In this document: positions 51,678 through 61,858 of the stretch, in pieces
Numbering within the stretch: position 1 is the first letter of the stretch
Layout: every line of letters starts with the position of its first letter
Source: Malacoraja senta
Taxonomy: Eukaryota
Direction: 5' to 3'
Length of the DNA: 64,000 bases
NCBI GenBank assembly: GCA_038087875.1
Contig: CM075982.1
Location: 72,044,001 to 72,108,000, forward strand
The notes under the pieces: model-generated
Told to the model about the DNA's origin: nothing
Databases searched by the model: none
What the model saw: only the letters and a program-made list of their open reading frames with translations
Program-made: the position numbers and the translations under genes

Positions 51678-54600
51678 GTTGAAAAGTAGAAGCCAAGCAC
51701 AGGCAGACTTTATTCAGAACTGCTGTAGATTTGGGAGCAACAGCAGCAGGAGATTAGCAAGAGATACGACTGATTGGCTCTAGCCCGAGTGGGAGGAGAG
51801 AAGTGAGTCAGAGGGGGGAAAAACAGTTGAAAAGTAGAAGCCAAGCACAGGCAGACTTTATTCAGAACTGCTGTAGATTTGGGAGCAACAGCAGCAGGAG
51901 ATTAGCAAGAGATACGACTGATTGGCTCTAGCCCGAGTGGGAGGAGAGAAGTGAGTCAGAGGGGGGAAAAACAGTTGAAAAGTAGAAGCCAAGCACAGGC
52001 AGACTTTATTCAGAACTGCTGTAGATTTGGGAGCAACAGCAGCAGGAGATTAGCAAGAGATACGACTGATTGGCTCTAGCCCGAGTGGGAGGAGAGAAGT
52101 GAGTCAGAGGGGGGAAAAACAGTTGAAAAGTAGAAGCCAAGCACAGGCAGACTTTATTCAGAACTGCTGTAGATTTGGGAGCAACAGCAGCAGGAGATTA
52201 GCAAGAGATACGACTGATTGGCTCTAGCCCGAGTGGGAGGAGAAAAGTGAGTCAGAGGGGGGAAAAACAGTTGAAAAGTAGAAGCCAAGCACAGGCAGAC
52301 TTTATTCAGAACTGCTGTAGATTTGGGAGCAACAGCAGCAGGAGATTAGCAAGAGATACGACTGATTGGCTCTAGCCCGAGTGGGAGGAGAGAAGTGAGT
52401 CAGAGGGGGGAAAAACAGTTGAAAAGTAGAAGCCAAGCACAGGCAGACTTTATTCAGAACTGCTGTAGATTTGGGAGCAACAGCAGCAGGAGATTAGCAA
52501 GAGATACGACTGATTGGCTCTAGCCCGAGTGGGAGGAGAAAAGTGAGTCAGAGGGGGGAAAAACAGTTGAAAAGTAGAAGCCAAGCACAGGCAGACTTTA
52601 TTCAGAACTGCTGTAGATTTGGGAGCAACAGCAGCAGGAGATTAGCAAGAGATACGACTGATTGGCTCTAGCCCGAGTGGGAGGAGAGAAGTGAGTCAGA
52701 GGGGGGAAAAACAGTTGAAAAGTAGAAGCCAAGCACAGGCAGACTTTATTCAGAACTGCTGTAGATTTGGGAGCAACAGCAGCAGGAGATTAGCAAGAGA
52801 TACGACTGATTGGCTCTAGCCCGAGTGGGAGGAGAGAAGTGAGTCAGAGGGGGGAAAAACAGTTGAAAAGTAGAAGCCAAGCACAGGCAGACTTTATTCA
52901 GAACTGCTGTAGATTTGGGAGCAACAGCAGCAGGAGATTAGCAAGAGATACGACTGATTGGCTCTAGCCCGAGTGGAGGAGAGAAGTGAGTCAGAGGGGG
53001 GAAAAACAGTTGAAAAGTAGAAGCCAAGCACACGCAGACTTTATTCAGAACTGCTGTAGATTTGGGAGCAACAGCAGCAGGAGATTAGCAAGAGATACGA
53101 CTGATTGGCTCTAGCCCGAGTGGGAGGAGAGAAGTGAGTCAGAGGGGGGAAAAACAGTTGAAAAGTAGAAGCCAAGCACAGGCAGACTTTATTCAGAACT
53201 GCTGTAGATTTGGGAGCAACAGCAGCAGGAGATTAGCAAGAGATACGACTGATTGGCTCTAGCCCGAGTGGGAGGAGAGAAGTGAGTCAGAGGGGGGAAA
53301 AACAGTTGAAAAGTAGAAGCCAAGCACAGGCAGACTTTATTCAGAACTGCTGTAGATTTGGGAGCAACAGCAGCAGGAGATTAGCAAGAGATACGACTGA
53401 TTGGCTCTAGCCCGAGTGGGAGGAGAGAAGTGAGTCAGAGGGGGGAAAAACAGTTGAAAAGTAGAAGCCAAGCACAGGCAGACTTTATTCAGAACTGCTG
53501 TAGATTTGGGAGCAACAGCAGCAGGAGATTAGCAAGAGATACGACTGATTGGCTCTAGCCCGAGTGGGAGGAGAGAAGTGAGTCAGAGGGGGGAAAAACA
53601 GTTGAAAAGTAGAAGCCAAGCACAGGCAGACTTTATTCAGAACTGCTGTAGATTTGGGAGCAACAGCAGCAGGAGATTAGCAAGAGATACGACTGATTGG
53701 CTCTAGCCCGAGTGGGAGGAGAGAAGTGAGTCAGAGGGGGGAAAAACAGTTGAAAAGTAGAAGCCAAGCACAGGCAGACTTTATTCAGAACTGCTGTAGA
53801 TTTGGGAGCAACAGCAGCAGGAGATTAGCAAGAGATACGACTGATTGGCTCTAGCCCGAGTGGGAGGAGAGAAGTGAGTCAGAGGGGGGAAAAACAGTTG
53901 AAAAGTAGAAGCCAAGCACAGGCAGACTTTATTCAGAACTGCTGTAGATTTGGGAGCAACAGCAGCAGGAGATTAGCAAGAGATACGACTGATTGGCTCT
54001 AGCCCGAGTGGGAGGAGAGAAGTGAGTCAGAGGGGGGAAAAACAGTTGAAAAGTAGAAGCCAAGCACAGGCAGACTTTATTCAGAACTGCTGTAGATTTG
54101 GGAGCAACAGCAGCAGGAGATTAGCAAGAGATACGACTAATTGGCTCTAGCCCGAGTGGGAGGAGAGAAGTGAGTCAGAGGGGGGAAAAACAGTTGAAAA
54201 GTAGAAGCCAAGCACAGGCAGACTTTATTCAGAACTGCTGTAGATTTGGGAGCAACAGCAGCAGGAGATTAGCAAGAGATACGACTGATTGGCTCTAGCC
54301 CGAGTGGGAGGAGAGAAGTGAGTCAGAGGGGGGAAAAACAGTTGAAAAGTAGAAGCCAAGCACAGGCAGACTTTATTCAGAACTGCTGTAGATTTGGGAG
54401 CAACAGCAGCAGGAGATTAGCAAGAGATACGACTGATTGGCTCTAGCCCGAGTGGGAGGAGAGAAGTGAGTCAGAGGGGGGAAAAACAGTTGAAAAGTAG
54501 AAGCCAAGCACAGGCAGACTTTATTCAGAACTGCTGTAGATTTGGGAGCAACAGCAGCAGGAGATTAGCAAGAGATACGACTGATTGGCTCTAGCCCGAG

Positions 54601-54783
54601 TGGGAGGAGAGAAGTGAGTCAGAGGGGGGAAAAACAGTTGAAAAGTAGAAGCCAAGCACAGGCAGACTTTATTCAGAACTGCTGTAGATTTGGGAGCAAC
54701 AGCAGCAGGAGATTAGCAAGAGATACGACTGATTGGCTCTAGCCCGAGTGGGAGGAGAGAAGTGAGTCAGTGCCGGGAAAACA
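51678..54783 (+). repeat. 21 tandem 148-bp monomers forming the CR1 5' UTR / putative promoter array
   Basis: Units start at 51678, 51826, 51974 ... 54637. Only about 5 variant positions in copies 1-20; copy 21 diverges at its 3' end. Confidence 0.97.
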
Positions 54784-54987
54784 GTTGAAAACTGTGGAAT
54801 TTTGTTTGTAAATTGGTAAATCAGGCAATTTATCCGTCAATTTAAGCAAGACGGCTCTTAGCGAGCGGCAGTGAGTGAGCGGCCTTGTGAGGGAAGTGCC
54901 CTGTGAGAAAAGTGTGAGTCTTTGGCTCGAGAGTCTTCGGAGAGGACACCACGCAATACGCTTGAGAGGTAGAGACAAAAGAAGGAG

Positions 54988-55914
54988 ATGTCAGGCAAGC
55001 TGATTCAGTGCGATGCTTGCAGTATGTGGGAGGTCAAGGACACCGCTGGTGCCTCTGGCTGCTACAAATGCGAGAAGTGCATCCAGGTAGAGCTCCTGAA
55101 GGGCCGTGTTGGGGAACTGGAGAAGCAAGTGGATGACCTCCGGTTCGTCCGAGAAACGGAGTCGTTCCTCGACAAGTCCTACAGTACGATTGTTACACCT
55201 AAGGTACTGGAAGAGAGAAGGTGGGAGACGGTGAGAAAGGGAGGGAAGCATGGAATGCCAACGTCCCCGGGTGTTGTACCTCTTGTGAACAGGTTCACCC
55301 GCTTAGAAGCTGTTGGGACAGAAGACGTGTTTACACTGAGTGGCGGACTGGCTTGCGATGCGAATAGGGCTGTTGAGCCAAAACCAAAAAGGCCTAAGGC
55401 AGGCAACGCCATTGTAGTGGGAGACTCCATTGTGAGAGGTACGGACAGGGGTTTCTGTGGCAACAGACGGGATGCGAGGATGGTGTGCTGCCTTCCTGGT
55501 GCCAGGATCCAGGATGTCACGGACAGAGTGCAGAAAATCCTCAAGGGCGAAGGTGAACATCCGGAAGTGGTAGTGCATGTCGGCACAAACGATGTCGGAA
55601 AGAAGGGGATGAATATTCTGCAGCGTGACTTTAGAGAGCTCGGAAAAATGCTGAAAAGCAGGACCTCCAGGGTTGTTATCTCCGGTTTGCTTCCAGTTCC
55701 TCGTGCTGGTGAGAGCAGGAACAGGGAGATACGGGACCTGAACGTGTGGCTCAGGAACTGGTGCATGGGGCAGGGATTTAGATTCTTAGATCACTGGGAT
55801 CTGTTTTGGGGTAAGGGGGAACTGTACAAAAGGGACGGATTGCATCTTAACAGGTGTGGGACCAGCATTCTGGCAGGCAGGTTTGCCACTGCTACACGGG
55901 TGGTTTTAAACTGA
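54988..55914 (+). CDS. CR1 ORF1p: zinc finger/leucine zipper plus SGNH (GDSL-like) esterase domain
   Basis: CDAC...CEKC zinc finger, heptad LKGRVGELEKQVDDL, SGNH blocks GDS, PGA, GTND and DGLH. 308 aa uninterrupted. Confidence 0.93.
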   Translation: MSGKLIQCDACSMWEVKDTAGASGCYKCEKCIQVELLKGRVGELEKQVDDLRFVRETESFLDKSYSTIVTPKVLEERRWETVRKGGKHGMPTSPGVVPLVNRFTRLEAVGTEDVFTLSGGLACDANRAVEPKPKRPKAGNAIVVGDSIVRGTDRGFCGNRRDARMVCCLPGARIQDVTDRVQKILKGEGEHPEVVVHVGTNDVGKKGMNILQRDFRELGKMLKSRTSRVVISGLLPVPRAGESRNREIRDLNVWLRNWCMGQGFRFLDHWDLFWGKGELYKRDGLHLNRCGTSILAGRFATATRVVLN

Positions 55915-58900
55915 ATAAGGGGGGTGGGGTGTCAAATGGGATAGTGGAGGATGGAGTTAAAGGGAAAGGGTTTCTTAAATGTGTGAGCGTAGAGACAGAG
56001 GAGTGTAAAATGAGGGTAGAAGCAATAGGTAGCAAGGTGAAAAGTAAAAGTGGAAGACAGACAAAACCAGGGCAAAAATCAAAAAGGGCCACTTTTCAAC
56101 ATAATTGTATAAGGGGTAAGAGTGTTGTAAAAACAAGCCTGAAGGCTTTATGTCTCAATGCAAGGAGCATTCGTAATAAGGTGGATGAGTTGAATGTGCA
56201 GATAGCTATTAATGACTATGATATAGTTGGGATCACGGAGACATGGCTCCAGGGTGACCAAGGCTGGGAGCTGAACATCCAGGGATATTCAATATTCAGG
56301 AGGGATAGAGAGAAAGGAAAAGGAGGTGGGGTAGCGTTGCTGGTTAGAGAGGAGATTAACGCAGTGGAAAGGAAGGACATTAGCTTGGAGGATGTGGAAT
56401 CGGTATGGGTAGAGCTGCGAAACACTAAGAGGCAGAAAACGCTGGTGGGTGTTGTGTACAGGCCACCTAGCAGTAGTAGTGAAGTTGGGGATGGCATCAA
56501 ACAGGAAATTAGAAATGCGTGCGACAAAGGCAAAACAGTTATAATGGGTGACTTCAATCTACATATAGATTGGGTGAATCAAATTGGCAGGGGTGCTGAG
56601 GAAGAGGATTTCTTGGAATGTCTGCGGGATAGTTATCTAAATCAACATGTAGAGGAACCAACGAGAGAGCAGGCTATTTTAGACTGGGTATTGAGTAATG
56701 AGGAAGGGTTAGTTAGCAGTCTTGTTGTACGTGCCCCCTTGGGCAAGAGTGACCATAATATGGTTGAGTTCTTCATTAGGATGGAGAGTGACATTGTTAA
56801 TTCAGAAACAATGGTTCTGAACTTAAAGAAAGGTAACTTTGAGGGTATGAGACATGAATTGGCCATGATTGACTGGCAATTAATTCTAAAAGGGTTGACG
56901 GTGGACATGCAATGGAAAACATTTAAAGACTGCATGGATGAACTACAAAAATTGTTCATCCCAGTTTGGCAAAAGAATAAATCAGGGAAGGTAGTGCATC
57001 CGTGGATAACAAGGGAAATCAGGGATGGTATCAAAGCGAAAGATGATGCGTACAAATTAGCCAGAAAAAGCAGCATACCAGAGGACTGGGAGAAATTCAG
57101 AGACCAGCAGAGGAGGACAAAGGGCTTAATTAGGAAAGGAAAAATAGATTATGAAAGAAAACTGGCAGGGAACATAAAAACTGACTGCAAAAGTTTTTAT
57201 AAATATGTAAAAAGAAAGAGATTAGTTAAAACAAATGTAGGTCCCTTGCAGTCAGAAACAGGTGAGTTGATCATGGGGAACAAGGATATGGCGGACCAAT
57301 TGAATAACTACTTTGGTTCCGTCTTCACTAAGGAAGACATAAATAATCTGCCGGAAATAGCAGGGGACCGCGGGTCAAAGGAGTTGGAGGAATTGAGTGA
57401 AATCCAGGTTAGTCGGGAAGAGGTTTTGGGTAAATTGAATGGATTAAAGGCCGATAAATCCCCAGGGCCAGATAGGCTGCATCCCAGAGTACTTAAGGAA
57501 GTAGCTCCAGAAATAGTGGATGCATTAGTAATAATCTTTCAAAATTCTTTAGATTCTGGAGTAGTTCCTGAGGATTGGCGGGTAGCAAACGTAACCCCAC
57601 TTTTTAAGAAGGGAGGGAGAGAGAAAACGGGGAATTACAGACCAGTTAGTCTAACATCGGTAGTGGGGAAACTGCTAGAGTCAGTTATTAAAGATGGGAT
57701 AGCAGCACATTTGGAAAGTGGTGAAATCATTGGACAAAGTCAGCATGGATTTACGAAAGGTAAATCATGTCTGACGAATCTTATAGAATTTTTCGAGGAT
57801 GTAACTAGTAGCGTGGATAGGGGAGAACCAGTGGATGTGGTGTATCTGGACTTCCAGAAGGCTTTCGACAAGGTCCCACATAAGAGATTAGTATACAAAC
57901 TTAAAGCACATGGCATTGGGGGTTCAGTATTGATGTGGATAGAGAACTGGCTGGCAAACAGGAAGCAAAGAGTAGGAGTAAACGGGTCCTTTTCACAATG
58001 GCAGGCAGTGACTAGTGGGGTACCGCAAGGCTCAGTGCTGGGACCCCAGCTATTTACAATATATATTAATGACCTGGATGAGGGAATTGAAGGCAATATC
58101 TCCAAGTTTGCGGATGACACTAAGCTGGGGGGCAGTGTTAGCTGTGAGGAGGATGCTAGGAGACTGCAAGGTGACTTGGATAGGCTGGGTGAGTGGGCAA
58201 ATGTTTGGCAGATGCAGTATAATGTGGATAAATGTGAGGTTATCCATTTTGGTGGCAAAAACAGGAAAGCAGACTATTTTCTAAATGGTGGCCGACTAGG
58301 AAAAGGGGAGATGCAGCGAGACCTGGGTGTCATGGTACACCAGTCATTGAAAGTAGGCATGCAGGTGCAGCAGGCAGTGAAGAAAGCGAATGGTATGTTA
58401 GCTTTCATAGCAAAAGGATTTGAGTATAGGAGCAGGGAGGTTCTACTGCAGTTGTACAGGGTCTTGGTGAGACCACACCTGGAGTATTGCGTACAGTTTT
58501 GGTCTCCAAATCTGAGGAAGGACATTATTGCCATAGAGGGAGTGCAGAGAAGGTTCACCAGACTGATTCCTGGGATGTCAGGACTGTCTTATGAAGAAAG
58601 ACTGGATAGACTTGGTTTATACTCTCTAGAATTTAGGAGATTGAGAGGGGATCTTATAGAAACTTACAAAATTCTTAAGGGGTTGGACAGGCTAGATGCA
58701 GGAAGATTGCTCCCGATGTTGGGGAAGTCCAGGACAAGGGGTCACAGCTTAAGGATAAGGGGGAAATCCTTTAAAACCGAGATGAGAAGAACTTTTTTCA
58801 CACAGAAAGTGGTGAATCTCTGGAACTCTCTGCCACAGAGGGTAGTCGAGGCCAGTTCATTGGCTATATTTAAGAGGGAGCTAGATGTGGCCCTTGTGGC

Positions 58901-58946
58901 TAAAGGGATCAGAGGGTATGGAGAGAAGGCAGGTACGGGATACTGA
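55854..58946 (+). CDS. CR1 ORF2p: APE-like endonuclease plus reverse transcriptase (frame open from 55851; first AUG at 56010; possible -1 frameshift entry at 55911)
   Basis: EN motifs NARS, GITETWL, YRPP, MGDFN, SDH. RT motifs [35 protein letters not shown]1 C-terminal TRGH. No stops. Confidence 0.96.
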   Translation: MWDQHSGRQVCHCYTGGFKLNKGGGVSNGIVEDGVKGKGFLKCVSVETEECKMRVEAIGSKVKSKSGRQTKPGQKSKRATFQHNCIRGKSVVKTSLKALCLNARSIRNKVDELNVQIAINDYDIVGITETWLQGDQGWELNIQGYSIFRRDREKGKGGGVALLVREEINAVERKDISLEDVESVWVELRNTKRQKTLVGVVYRPPSSSSEVGDGIKQEIRNACDKGKTVIMGDFNLHIDWVNQIGRGAEEEDFLECLRDSYLNQHVEEPTREQAILDWVLSNEEGLVSSLVVRAPLGKSDHNMVEFFIRMESDIVNSETMVLNLKKGNFEGMRHELAMIDWQLILKGLTVDMQWKTFKDCMDELQKLFIPVWQKNKSGKVVHPWITREIRDGIKAKDDAYKLARKSSIPEDWEKFRDQQRRTKGLIRKGKIDYERKLAGNIKTDCKSFYKYVKRKRLVKTNVGPLQSETGELIMGNKDMADQLNNYFGSVFTKEDINNLPEIAGDRGSKELEELSEIQVSREEVLGKLNGLKADKSPGPDRLHPRVLKEVAPEIVDALVIIFQNSLDSGVVPEDWRVANVTPLFKKGGREKTGNYRPVSLTSVVGKLLESVIKDGIAAHLESGEIIGQSQHGFTKGKSCLTNLIEFFEDVTSSVDRGEPVDVVYLDFQKAFDKVPHKRLVYKLKAHGIGGSVLMWIENWLANRKQRVGVNGSFSQWQAVTSGVPQGSVLGPQLFTIYINDLDEGIEGNISKFADDTKLGGSVSCEEDARRLQGDLDRLGEWANVWQMQYNVDKCEVIHFGGKNRKADYFLNGGRLGKGEMQRDLGVMVHQSLKVGMQVQQAVKKANGMLAFIAKGFEYRSREVLLQLYRVLVRPHLEYCVQFWSPNLRKDIIAIEGVQRRFTRLIPGMSGLSYEERLDRLGLYSLEFRRLRGDLIETYKILKGLDRLDAGRLLPMLGKSRTRGHSLRIRGKSFKTEMRRTFFTQKVVNLWNSLPQRVVEASSLAIFKRELDVALVAKGIRGYGEKAGTGY

Positions 58947-59036
58947 GTTGGATGATCAGCCATGATCATATTGAATGGCGGTGCAGGCTCGAAGGGCCGA
59001 ATAGCCTACTCCTGCACCTAATTTCTATGTTTCTAT

Positions 59037-59910
59037 AAGAATGCAGGGTGACTTGGACAGGTTGGGTGAGTGGGCGGATGCATGGCAGATGCAGTTTAAT
59101 GTGGATAAATGTGAGGTTATCCATTTTGGTAGCAAAAACAGGAAGGCAAATTATTATCTGAATGGTGTCAAGTTGGGAAAAGGGGAAGTACAACGGGATC
59201 TGGAGGTCCTTGTTCATCAGTCAATGAAAGTAAGCATGCAGGTACAGCAGGCAGTGAAGAAAGTGAATGGCATGTTGGTCTTCATAACAACAGGAGTTGA
59301 GCATAGGAGCAAAAAGGTCCTTCTGCAATTGTACAGGATCCTAGTGTGACCACACCTGGCGTATTGTGTGCAGTTTTGGTCTCCAAGTTTGAGGAAGGAC
59401 ATTCTTGCTATTGTGGGAGTGCAGCGTAGGTTCACGAGGTTAATTCCCGGGATGGCGGGACTGTCACATGTGGATAGAATGGAGCAGCTGGGCTTGTATA
59501 CTCTGGAATTTAGAAGGAGGAGAGGGGATCTTATTGAAACATATAAGATTATTAAGGGTTTGGACATGCTAGAGACAGGAAACATGTTCCCGATGTTGGG
59601 GGAGTCCAGAACCAGGGGCCACAGTTTAAGAATAAGGGGTAGGCCACTTAGAACGAAGATGGGGAAAAACTTTTTCACCCAGAGAGTTGTGAGTCTGTGG
59701 AATTCTCTGCCTCAGAAGGCAGTGGAGGCCAATTCTCTGGATGCTTTCAAGAGATAGTTAGATAGGGCTCTTAAAGATAACGGAGTCAAGGGATATGGGG
59801 AGAAGGCGGGAACGGGGTACTGAATGTGGATGATCAGCCATGATCACAGTGAATGGCGGTGCTGGCTCGAAGGGCCGAATGGCCTACTCCTGCACCTGTT
59901 GTCTGTTGTT
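59037..59910 (+). mobile_element. Older CR1, right part
   Basis: Resumes at AAGAATGCAGGGTGAC, collinear with the left part. In-frame stop; CR1 3' hairpin and tail. Confidence 0.9.
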
Positions 59911-60611
59911 GTTCAATATCCTGATGGTTGTGGAAACTCTGGACAAGTCAGCATTTTTACGGAGTGGCTTAATTCTCAGTGGTTGACTGGGAAGTGTTAG
60001 CTCGGATGCAAAGCCGCAACTGTGGAGCTGGCGCACAGGAACCCAGCCAATTCCGGATGTGTCGAGCTCTGTGGAATGCTTTGTTACCAGTCATTCATAT
60101 TTAAATTAATACGGACTATATGAAAGACTCTCCTTGTGAGCAGTGCACCTCATTACAAAGCTACAGCTGGACATGAAAGAGACGATTATCATCGAGGGGT
60201 TGTACTTCATCCAATTAAATACAGTGAAATAATGGAGCTTAATGGCAATCCCAATACATTATTCTATCTTCCTCGCAAATGAATTGCAAGGTTAAAGCAA
60301 TTGAATATATTTGCAAAACAGTCATGCTGAAAGATTTTGGAAACACATTCCCATCCTCGTTTATTAATGTTTACTGACAGATATCGTGTTGCGGATGGAT
60401 TTGAACGAGATCTTCTTGTGATTCATTTCTCCAGCGACTCTCTTTATCCCAGAATGTGGGAAACAGGCCCTTCGGCCCATCTTGCCCATGCCGACCAAGT
60501 TGGCATATTCGACTAGTCGTTCTTGTCTGCATTTTCCCCATTTCCCTCCCAAACTTTTCCTATCCCTGCATCTGTCCAAATGTCTTTTGAAAGTTGAAAT
60601 CACATCCACTT

Positions 60612-61140
60612 CTGCAGTTGTACAGGGCCCTGGTGAGTCCGCACCTGGAGTATTGTGTGCCGTTTTGGTCTCCTAATTTGATGAAGGACATCATTGCTAT
60701 TGAGGGAGTGCAGCGTAGGTTCATCAGGTTACGGGTCGACTAGGCTTGTATTCACTGGAATTTAGAAGGATGAGAGGATATCTTATAGAACCATATAAGA
60801 TTCTTTAAGGATTGGACAGGCTAGATGCAGGAAAAATGTTCCTGCTGTTGGGGGAGTCCAGAACCAGGGGCCACACACAGTTTAAGAATAAAGGGTAGGC
60901 CATTTAGTACTGAGATGAGGAAAACCTTTTTCACCCAGAGAGTTGTGAATCTGTGGAATTCTCTGCCACAGCAATTCACTGGATGTTTTTCAAGAGAGAG
61001 TTAGATTTAGCTCTTTGGGCTAACGGAATCAAGGGATATGGGGACAATGCAGGAATGGGGTACTGATTTTGGATGGCGGTACTGGCTTGAAGGGCCGAAT
61101 GGCCTACTCCTGCACCTATTTTCTATGTTTCTATGTCTAT
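60612..61140 (+). mobile_element. 5'-truncated CR1
   Basis: Degenerate ORF2 C-terminus, hairpin and tail. Confidence 0.85.
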
Positions 61141-61602
61141 GTTTATGTTTTCCTCAGGCAGCTCATTCATCCCAGATATGGAATACCGTCTGAGTGAAAA
61201 GGATTCCAGCATTGCCACTTACCTGTGTCTCAAATTCATACTTCTTGGATAAATGTCAGGCCCCACCACTCTCTGTGTAAAAAAACTTGCCCTGCACATC
61301 CCTTATACTTCCCCCCCCTCACCTTACAGCTACGCCCTCGAGGTTTGGACATTTCCACCCTGGGAAGAAGGTTTTCACCTATCTACGCCTCAGAATTTTA
61401 TTTACTTCTATCGTCTCCCCCCGACATTCCAATGAAAGAAAACAATCCAGTTCTATCCAACTTCTCTCTGTAGCTGAAACCTTCTACTCTGGGCAGCATC
61501 TATACCGGTAAAGATCCTCGGCACCCTCTCCAAAGCCGCCACATCCTTCCTGCAACTGGGCGACCAGAACTGCATGCAATACTCCAAATGCGGCCTGACC
61601 TA

Positions 61603-61858
61603 AGGACGGCGCGGCGGTAGAGTTGCTGCCTTGCAGCATCAGAGACCCGGCTGCTGTCTGTTCGGAGTTTGCACGATCTCCTTGTTGCTACATGTTTTTT
61701 CTCCGGGTGCTCCGGTTTCTCCCACGTCACCAAGACACGCAGGTTTGTAGGTTAATTGACATCTGTAAATTGTTCCTGGTGTTTGGGAAAGAACTAGTGT
61801 ATGGATGATGGTTGGTTGGCGCATGCTTGGTGGGCCGAAGGCTCTAAACTACACTAAA
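61603..61858 (+). mobile_element. Degenerate HE1-like V-SINE
   Basis: GTAGAGTTGCTGCCT head and CTCCGGGTGCTCCGGTTTCTCCCAC V-domain. Confidence 0.7.

Larger units (their letters stand above)
51678..59036 (+). mobile_element. Full-length, apparently intact CR1-clade LINE
   Basis: Tandem-monomer 5' UTR, intact ORF1 and ORF2, 3' UTR hairpin (GGTGCAGG...CCTGCACC) and TTTCTATG-type tail. Inserted into an older CR1. Confidence 0.95.

Noticed and set aside
51678-54783. CRISPR-like array
   Set aside because: Units are fully identical tandem monomers with no unique spacers, there are no cas genes, and the context is eukaryotic.
55854-55856. ORF2 start as given in the ORF track
   Set aside because: The codon is GTG inside ORF1. 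More plausible entries are the AUG at 56010 or a -1 frameshift at 55905-55911.
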